Positions 1 to 9,400 of a stretch of DNA of 64,000 bases are shown here, in pieces (position 1 is the first letter of the stretch; each line of letters starts with the position of its first letter). Origin of the DNA: Balanoglossus misakiensis (taxonomy: Eukaryota; Animalia; Hemichordata). The DNA lies in assembly GCA_040954595.2 (NCBI GenBank), contig CM082576.2:16911028-16975027 (forward strand), written 5' to 3'. The translations under genes and the position numbers were made by a program. The notes below the pieces were generated by a model. The model ran no database searches and was not told where the DNA came from. It worked only from the letters and a program-made list of their open reading frames with translations.

Positions 1-39
1 CACGTGCTGCAAACTTTTTCATTAGCATCAAAATTGAAA

Positions 40-3000
40 ATGGCAGGTCGGCCAGTTGGCGTGTCGGGGGGATCAAAACGGGCAAGGACAGTGATGAATA
101 CGTTAGATGTATACTGGAAGAAACCAGAGGAAAATGCAACCGACGCGGAAAAACAAGTAACTGAAGAAACTGTTGAAAAAAAGAGAAAGAGGGCTGAACG
201 ATGTAGCGCGAAATTCTTGCCTGAGTGGAAGGTGAGTTGGTCTATCATATTTTGTCGTATGTGAGCTGCGTATGATTTTTTCCTGATCGGCAAATTTGAA
301 CTAATTAATAAATAAAATTGGTTTTATTTTCCTAAAAAAATTTGTCTGAATCCGAACGGAAAAGTCGATTCCCTCGGAAAATTTGATTAGCTGAGGTTAG
401 GTTTTATTGAGTGACTGGTGATACTGCAGTGCTCTAAAAGTACGTCATCAGAAAAATGTTATTCGGCAACTCTTTAAGCCATTTTGGGGGAAATCTACGG
501 TAGCTCAAAAGAAAAAATAATGGTATGGGTCAGTCGAATTGGCATTTTTTGTCGCAGATTCTAAATATTTTAGTGTAATATGTTGTAATAGTGGGGTCGT
601 TGACTGAAGAAACGTGAACTATCAAATGCTCTGACGATTGATGGGCACAAGTCGGATACTGCCTGCACTGCTCATTTACATATCAATGTGTAAAACACCC
701 ATTTTCTGACTGGACACTAACAAATAATTTCACACTTTTCTTTTCTAGGTGTGTTTCCCATGGCTTGAATATGATCACGATACAAAACTTATGAGCTGTA
801 AATTGTGCAAAAAAGCTGGCTGTAAAAATTCTTTCACTAGTCCTGGGTGCCAAAATCTCCTGAAAGATAACTGTAAAAAGCATGCTATGATTGGTGACCA
901 TAAAGCTGCAGCTGATGCCCAGGTTTATGCTCCTGCCTTTCAAGATGTGGTTTTAAATGCTTACAGTAAAGAAGAAGCAACTGTGAAGGCTGCCATGACC
1001 AACATTTACTATATGGCAAAGAAAAACTGCCCAAATGATCATTTCAGGGACCTGAACTGGCTGACCATGTTGCAGGTATGATTTCTCTGTAAAACAATTT
1101 TTAGATTGAATGCATACATTCAAAACTATAAAAAATTGCTGATAAAATTTCTACAATGTAATGCAAACACTGCTGATGTAAATAAAATATGGATCAAATT
1201 TTGATATATTTTATTGTCATTTTCTTGTTGATAGGGTTGTGAAGACCTGAAGGGACTCAAGGTTGATGCACATACAAGTTATGAGCACCCTAATTCTATT
1301 CACAGCTTCCAAGAAGCCATGAAACTGGTCGTAGATGAAGAAATGGTGTTGGAGCTTCAGCAGTCGGACTTCTTTGCTGTACTGACTGATGAGATGGCAG
1401 ATATAGCCATGGATAAAACTGTTATCATTTATTTGAGATATCTTGTAGATGGCATGATTAAAGTTCGATTTTTTGAGGTTGTAGGCTTAGATGGGACTTC
1501 AGCTGATGACATTTATAACACAATTATCAGTGTCTTGGTGGGGAAGGGCTTGGATCTGAGTAAAATGTGTGCTGTTGCCACAGATGGTGCCAGTGTTATG
1601 ACAGGGAAGCACAAAGGTGTCACAACGTTACTAAAGCAGGACAATCCATTTATTATACGAACACATTGTATTGCTCATAGACTTGCCCTTGCAGCTGCTC
1701 AAGCGTCACATGCTATACCATATCTGGACAAATTTGGAGACAAACTTAACCAAATTTATAATTACTTTCACTACTCCACCAAACACAAATCAAAGCTTGC
1801 TAAGATCTACTCTGTGTTGAATATTGAAATGAGGCGACAATTTGTGCGTCCCTGTGATACCAGGTGGCTATCTGTTGGCGGTGCAGTTGATGCTGTTTTG
1901 GCTAATCTTAATCCTCTCATAATGTGTCTATCAGATGATGCCTACCCCCACAGTGGAACTGGTGATTCCACTGCTGTTGGGTTGTTTAAATATGTCACCA
2001 CATACCAGTTTCTTGCAACTTTACATTTCATGTCAGATATTCTAAAGCAACTGAATTTCCTGAGTAAGACTTTCCAAAAGTCTGATAGTGATTGTTCAAT
2101 TGTGTACTCACATGTTACAGCTAAAAGTGACACTTTCAAAAATATGAAAGAACATGCTGGTCAGAAATTACTTGAATTCCTAAATGTAGTACCCAGTGAA
2201 CCAAATGAGTCTGGTAAATTTTACCTGAAGACATTTGAGATTGGCAAACCTGTTCAGCCATTGTTTGTTCCCACTCTCTCAGAAGGGGCAGAAGGCATTG
2301 CTATCAGTGACAATAAAAACTACAGGAAGTGGTTTCAGAGTAGCAGAGAAAAGTACATAGATAAATTAGTATCAAACCTCAGTGACAGATTTGATGATCT
2401 TGGTCTACTTGGTGCATTCAAAATTTTTGTGCCAAGTAGCCTTCCACCACCTTCTAGTGAGGAGTACAAAACATATGGCGAACAGGAGCTAGATGCATTG
2501 TGTGAGCACTATGGTTGTGAAAGAATCGGCAAAGATGGCAAAATTTGTAAACCAGTCATTGATTCTTCAAGCTTGAAAGATGAATGGCCTGATGTTAAAG
2601 GTATATTGTCATGCAACTATAGAGGTATCCCCTATCAGGCAACTTGGCAGCAGATACTGAACATGAATATTTTGAGCTCATATCCCAATGTAGCTGCTCT
2701 GGCAAAAATTAGTCTGACTGTACCAGTAAGTACTGCAGACTGTGAAAGGGGCTTTTCCCGTTACAATTTGATCAAGACCAAACTCAGGGCATCCCTTAAA
2801 GTATCATCTGTCAGTTGCCTTATGACTTTGGCTATAGAGGCTCCACCTTTGAGAGAGATGCACACTTTCAGATTTAACAGGGCATTCCAAATGTGGAGTA
2901 AAATGAAAAATAGGAGACTTCTAATGAACAGAGGTCACTCTGGTAGAGTTGCCACCGGTGGTGCTACTGCAGTTGATGATAATGACCTGATCTGCAGATT

Positions 3001-3073
3001 GATCAAAAATGTCCATAGATTAGCCAAAATGGCACACTATTTGGGTGAGGATGACCCTGAGGAAGAAACTTAA
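40..3073 (+). CDS. Spliced hAT transposase (ZNF862-like), join(40..231,749..1075,1235..3073), 785 aa
   Basis: Three + strand ORFs join in frame through two phase-0 GT-AG introns. Splicing creates FLPEWK|VCFPWLEY..CKLC..H..H, resembling a TTF-type zinc finger. Exon 3 has the hAT motifs TDEMAD (first D), ATDGA (second D), HCIAH (CxxH), DTRWLS and STADCERGFS (catalytic E, dimerisation region). No internal stops or frameshifts. ATG at 40 in the context AAAATGGC. Confidence 0.9.
232..748 (+). other. Intron 1 of hAT transposase
   Basis: Donor AAG|GTGAGT at 232; polypyrimidine tract and acceptor CTTTTCTTTTCTAG| ending at 748; reading frame preserved (phase 0). Confidence 0.85.
1076..1234 (+). other. 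Intron 2 of hAT transposase
   Basis: Donor CAG|GTATGA at 1076; acceptor TTTTCTTGTTGATAG| ending at 1234; position 1235 is in frame with the 1319..3073 ORF through 28 open codons (GCEDLKGLKVDAHTSYEHPNSIHSFQEA). Confidence 0.85.
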
Positions 3074-3202
3074 ACACATACAGTAAATTAATTAGTGTGT
3101 GACTGTCCATCATCCATGGCCCCTGTACTGTGATGTAATTGAGTTTTGCAATGTATATTGTACAATGTATATATGCATGTCAGAAATAGAGGGTTCAGTA
3201 TG

Positions 3203-3208
3203 AATAAA
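3203..3208 (+). terminator. Candidate polyadenylation signal of the transposase transcript
   Basis: AATAAA about 130 bp after the stop codon, with GT-rich sequence downstream. Confidence 0.5.
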
Positions 3209-3344
3209 AAAGAAAGGATGTGTGAAAAATCATGAGTTTGTTAATTTGTGTCTCAGTCTGATTGAATAGTGATCATGTTTTATTAAATTAATTTTGCCCA
3301 TGATGAATTATGGAGTGCCAGTACTGTTTGTGAAAATCTGGTGA

Positions 3345-3360
3345 GGGGGGGGGGGGGGGG
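3345..3360. repeat. G16 homopolymer in the hAT subterminal region
   Basis: Run of 16 G seen directly. Confidence 0.9.
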
Positions 3361-3447
3361 TGTTCAGGTACAATTTGTATTTACTAATTTTTTTCAAACC
3401 AAATTCGTAAATTTACTAACACTTTTGAAAAGCCAGGGAGAGCACAG

Positions 3448-6400
3448 TTGAGCCAATGACGGGTAAGACCGCTTATGAAGTGGTGACCTAAGACAGGCGA
3501 CAGTCAGGCTTCACTTACAAAAAGTGGAAAATATAATAGCTACATTGGTAGGCTGAAAGCTTACTCCCTGAGACTGTTTGAGCCAATGACGGGTAAGACC
3601 GCTTATGAAGTGGTGACCTAAGACAGGCGACAGTCAGGCTTCACTTACAAAAAGTGGAAAATATAATAGCTACATTGGTAGGCTGAAAGCTTACTCCCTG
3701 AGACTGTTTGAGCCAATGACGGGTAAGACCGCTTATGAAGTGGTGACCTAAGACAGGCGACAGTCAGGCTTCACTTACAAAAAGTGGAAAATATAATAGC
3801 TACATTGGTAGGCTGAAAGCTTACTCCCTGAGACTGTTTGAGCCAATGAGGGGTAAGACCGCTTATGAAGTGGTGACCTAAGACAGGCGACAGTCAGGCT
3901 TCACTTACAAAAAGTGGAAAATATAATAGCTACATTGGTAGGCTGAAAGCTTACTCCCTGAGACTGTTTGAGCCAATGACGGGTAAGACCGCTTATGAAG
4001 TGGTGACCTAAGACAGGCGACAGTCAGGCTTCACTTACAAAAAGTGGAAAATATAATAGCTACATTGGTAGGCTGAAAGCTTACTCCCTGAGACTGTTTG
4101 AGCCAATGACGGGTAAGACCGCTTATGAAGTGGTGACCTAAGACAGGCGACAATCAGGCTTCACTTACAAAAAGTGGAAAATATAATAGCTACATTGGTA
4201 GGCTGAAAGCTTACTCCCTGAGACTGTTTGAGCCAATGACGGGTAAGACCGCTTATGAAGTGGTGACCTAAGACAGGCGACAGTCAGGCTTCACTTACAA
4301 AAAGTGGAAAATATAATAGCTACATTGGTAGGCTGAAAGCTTACTCCCTGAGACTGTTTGAGCCAATGACGGGTAAGACCGCTTATGAAGTGGTGACCTA
4401 AGACAGGCGACAGTCAGGCTTCACTTACAAAAAATGGAAAATATAATAGCTACATTGGTAGGCTGAAAGCTTACTCCCTGAGACTGTTTGAGCCAATGAC
4501 GGGTAAGACCGCTTATGAAGTGGTGACCTAAGACAGGCGACAGTCAGGCTTCAATTACAAAAAGTGGAAAATATAATAGCTACATTGGTAGGCTGAAAGC
4601 TTACTCCCTGAGACTGTTTGAGCCAATGACGGGTAAGACCGCTTATGAAGTGGTGACCTAAGACTGGCGACAGTCAGGCTTCACTTACAAAAAGTGGAAA
4701 ATATAATAGCTACATTGGTAGGCTGAAAGCTTACTTCCTGAGACTGTTTGAGCCAATGACGGGTAAGACCGCTTATGAAGTGGTGACCTAAGACAGGCGA
4801 CAGTCAGGCTTCACTTACAAAAAGTGGAAAATATAATAGCTACATTGGTAGGCTGAAAGCTTACTCCCTCAGACTGTTTGAGCCAATGACGGGTAAGACC
4901 GCTTATGAAGTGGTGACCTAAGACAGGCGACAGTCAGGCTTCACTTACAAAAAGTGGAAAATATAATAGCTACATTGGTAGGCTGAAAGCTTACTCCCTG
5001 AGACTGTTTGAGCCAATGACGGGTAAGACCGCTTATGAAGTGGTGACCTAAGACAGGCGACAGTCAGGCTTCACTTACAAAAAGTGGAAAATATAATAGC
5101 TACATTGGTAGGCTGAAAGCTTACTTCCTCAGACTGTTTGAGCCAATGACGGGTAAGACCGCTTATGAAGTGGTGACCTAAGACAGGCGACAGTCAGGCT
5201 TCACTTACAAAAAGTGGAAAATATAATAGCTACATTGGTAGGCTGAAAGCTTACTTCCTGAGACTGTTTGAGCCAATGACGGGTAAGACCGCTTATGAAG
5301 TGGTGACCTAAGACAGGCGACAGTCAGGCTTCACTTACAAAAAGTGGAAAATATAATAGCTACATTGGTAGGCTGAAAGCTTACTCCCTGAGACTGTTTG
5401 AGCCAATGACGGGTAAGACCACTTATGAAGTGGTGACCTAAGACAGGCGACAGTCAGGCTTCACTTACAAAAAGTGGAAAATATAATAGCTACATTGGTA
5501 GGCTGAAAGCTTACTCCCTGAGACTGTTTGAGCCAATGACGGGTAAGACCACTTATGAAGTGGTGACCTAAGACAGGCGACAGTCAGGCTTCACTTACAA
5601 AAAGTGGAAAATATAATAGCTACATTGGTAGGCTGAAAGCTTACTCCCTGAGACTGTTTGAGCCAATGACGGGTAAGACCGCTTATGAAGTGGTGACCTA
5701 AGACAGGCGACAGTCAGGCTTCACTTACAAAAAGTGGAAAATATAATAGCTACATTGGTAGGCTGAAAGCTTACTCCCTGAGACTGTTTGAGCCAATGAC
5801 GGGTAAGACCGCTTATGAAGTGGTGACCTAAGACAGGCGACAGTCAGGCTTCACTTACAAAAAGTGGAAAATATAATAGCTACATTGGTAGGCTGAAAGC
5901 TTACTCCCTGAGACTGTTTGAGCCAATGACGGGTAAGACCGCTTATGAAGTGGTGACCTAAGACAGGCGACAGTCAGGCTTCACTTACAAAAAGTGGAAA
6001 ATATAATAGCTACATTGGTAGGCTGAAAGCTTACTCCCTGAGACTGTTTGAGCCAATGACGGGTAAGACTGCTTATGAAGTGGTGACCTAAGACAGGCGA
6101 CAGTCAGGCTTCACTTACAAAAAGTGGAAAATATAATAGCTACATTGGTAGGCTGAAAGCTTACTCCCTGAGACTGTTTGAGCCAATGACGGGTAAGACC
6201 GCTTATGAAGTGGTGACCTAAGACAGGCGACAGTCAGGCTTCACTTACAAAAAGTGGAAAATATAATAGCTACATTGGTAGGCTGAAAGCTTACTTCCTG
6301 AGACTGTTTGAGCCAATGACGGGTAAGACCGCTTATGAAGTGGTGACCTAAGACAGGCGACAGTCAGGCTTCACTTACAAAAAGTGGAAAATATAATAGC

Positions 6401-9400
6401 TACATTGGTAGGCTGAAAGATTACTCCCTCAGACTGTTTGAGCCAATGACGGGTAAGACCGCTTATGAAGTGGTGACCTAAGACAGGCGACAGTCAGGCT
6501 TCACTTACAAAAAGTGGAAAATATAATAGCTACATTGGTAGGCTGAAAGCTTACTCCCTGAGACTGTTTGAGCCAATGACGGGTAAGACCATTTATGAAG
6601 TGGTGACCTAAGACAGGCGACAGTCAGGCTTCACTTACAAAAAGTGGAAAATATAATAGCTACATTGGTAGGCTGAAAGCTTACTCCCTGAGACTGTTTG
6701 AGCCAATGACGGGTAAGACCGCTTATGAAGTGGTGACCTAAGACAGGCGACAGTCAGGCTTCACTTACAAAAAGTGGAAAATATAATAGCTACATTGGTA
6801 GGCTGAAAGCTTACTCCCTGAGACTGTTTGAGCCAATGACGGGTAAGACCGCTTATGAAGTGGTGACCTAAGACAGGCGACAGTCAGGCTTCACTTACAA
6901 AAAGTGGAAAATATAATAGCTACATTGGTAGGCTGAAAGCTTACTTCCTGAGACTGTTTGAGCCAATGACGGGTAAGACCGCTTATGAAGTGGTGACCTA
7001 AGACAGGCGACAGTCAGGCTTCACTTACAAAAAGTGGAAAATATAATAGCTACATTGGTAGGCTGAAAGATTACTCCCTCAGACTGTTTGAGCCAATGAC
7101 GGGTAAGACCGCTTATGAAGTGGTGACCTAAGACAGGCGACAGTCAGGCTTCACTTACAAAAAGTGGAAAATATAATAGCTACATTGGTAGGCTGAAAGC
7201 TTACTCCCTGAGACTGTTTGAGCCAATGACGGGTAAGACCATTTATGAAGTGGTGACCTAAGACAGGCGACAGTCAGGCTTCACTTACAAAAAGTGGAAA
7301 ATATAATAGCTACATTGGTAGGCTGAAAGCTTACTCCCTGAGACTGTTTGAGCCAATGACGGGTAAGACCGCTTATGAAGTGGTGACCTAAGACAGGCGA
7401 CAGTCAGGCTTCACTTACAAAAAGTGGAAAATATAATAGCTACATTGGTAGGCTGAAAGCTTACTCCCTGAGACTGTTTGAGCCAATGACGGGTAAGACC
7501 GCTTATGAAGTGGTGACCTAAGACAGGCGACAGTCAGGCTTCACTTACAAAAAGTGGAAAATATAATAGCTACATTGGTAGGCTGAAAGCTTACTCCCTG
7601 AGACTGTTTGAGCCAATGACGGGTAAGACCGCTTATGAAGTGGTGACCTAAGACAGGCGACAGTCAGGCTTCACTTACAAAAAGTGGAAAATATAATAGC
7701 TACATTGGTAGGCTGAAAGCTTACTCCCTCAGACTGTTTGAGCCAATGACGGGTAAGACCGCTTATGAAGTGGTGACCTAAGACAGGCGACAGTCAGGCT
7801 TCACTTACAAAAAGTGGAAAATATAATAGCTACATTGGTAGGCTGAAAGCTTACTCCCTGAGACTGTTTGAGCCAATGACGGGTAAGACCGCTTATGAAG
7901 TGGTGACCTAAGACAGGCGACAGTCAGGCTTCACTTACAAAAAGTGGAAAATATAATAGCTACATTGGTAGGCTGAAAGCTTACTTCCTGAGACTGTTTG
8001 AGCCAATGACTGGTAAGACCGCTTATGAAGTGGTGACCTAAGACAGGCGACAGTCAGGCTTCACTTACAAAAAGTGGAAAATATAATAGCTACATTGGTA
8101 GGCTGAAAGCTTACTCCCTTAGACTGTTTGAGCCAATGACGGGTAAGACCACTTATGAAGTGGTGACCTAAGACAGGCGACAGTCAGGCTTCACTTACAA
8201 AAAGTGGAAAATATAATAGCTACATTGGTAGGCTGAAAGCTTACTCCCTGAGACTGTTTGAGCCAATGACGGGTAAGACCGCTTATGAAGTGGTGACCTA
8301 AGACAGGCGACACTCAGGCTTCACTTACAAAAAGTGGAAAATATAATAGCTACATTGGTAGGCTAAAAGCTTACTCCCTGAGACTGTTTGAGCCAATGAC
8401 GGGTAAGACCGCTTATGAAGTGGTGACCTAAGACAGGCGACACTCAGGCTTCACTTACAAAAAGTGGAAAATATAATAGCTACATTGGTAGGCTGAAAGC
8501 TTACTTCCTCAGACTGTTTGAGCCAATGATGGGTAAGACCGCTTTTGAAGTGGTGACCTAAGACAGGCGACAGTCAGGCTTCACTTACAAAAAGTGGAAA
8601 ATATAATAGCTACATTGGTAGGCTGAAAGCTTACTCCCTGAGACTGTTTGAGCCAATGACGGGTAAGACCGCTTATGAAGTGGTGACCTAAGACAGGCGA
8701 CAGTCAGGCTTCACTTACAAAAAGTGGAAAATATAATAGCTACATTGGTAGGCTGAAAGCTTACTTCCTCAGACTGTTTGAGCATATGACGGGTAAGACC
8801 GCTTATGAAGTGGTGACCTAAGACAGGCGACAGTCAGGCTTCACTTACAAAAAGTGGAAAATATAATAGCTACATTGGTAGGCTGAAAGCTTACTCCCTG
8901 AGACTGTTTGAGCCAATGACGGGTAAGACCGCTTATGAAGTGGTGACCTAAGACAGGCGACAGTCAGGCTTCACTTACAAAAAGTGGAAAATATAATAGC
9001 TACATTGGTAGGCTGAAAGCTTACTCCCTCAGACTGTTTGAGCCAATGACGGGTAAGACCGCTTATGAAGTGGTGACCTAAGACAGGCGACAGTCAGGCT
9101 TCACTTACAAAAAGTGGAAATTATAATAGCTACATTGGTAGGCTGAAAGCTTACTCCCTGAGACTTTTTGAGCCAATGACGGGTAAGACCGCTTATGAAG
9201 TGGTGACCTAAGACAGGCGACAGTCAGGCTTCACTTACAAAAAGTGGAAAATATAATAGCTACATTGGTAGGCTGAAAGCTTACTCCCTGAGACTGTTTG
9301 AGCCAATGACGGGTAAGACCGCTTATGAAGTGGTGACCTAAGACAGGCGACAGTCAGGCTTCACTTACAAAAAGTGGAAAATATAATAGCTACATTGGTA

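Larger units (their letters stand above)
1..3447 (+). mobile_element. hAT-superfamily DNA transposon, left end outside window; right end abuts the satellite
   Basis: Contains a hAT transposase gene. The 3' region has repeated ATTTACTAA motifs (3379-3387, 3411-3419, with an inverted variant TTCGTAAAT at 3404-3412) and ends ...GCCAGGGAGAGCACAG, followed by an abrupt switch to satellite (TTGAGCCAATGAC). The exact end is uncertain by a few bases because the partner TIR is not in the window. Confidence 0.85.

Noticed and set aside
683-2139. Minus-strand ORFs 683..943 and 1942..2139
   Set aside because: Antisense shadows of the transposase exons.
3448-3580. Hammerhead-ribozyme satellite (as in newt, schistosome or cricket satellites)
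   Set aside because: No CTGANGA core on either strand of the consensus (closest are CTGAGAC, CTGAAAG and CTGACTG).
3448-3580. Tandem tRNA, 5S, snRNA or spliced-leader RNA genes
   Set aside because: No Pol III A/B boxes, cloverleaf or 5S similarity. A G|GTAAG donor-like motif exists, but there is no Sm site (RAT4-6GR) downstream on the same strand.
3577-3593. CENP-B-box-like motif TTTGagccAatgaCGGG
   Set aside because: Differs from TTCGnnnnAnnCGGG at an essential C and has two extra bases before CGGG; too weak to call.
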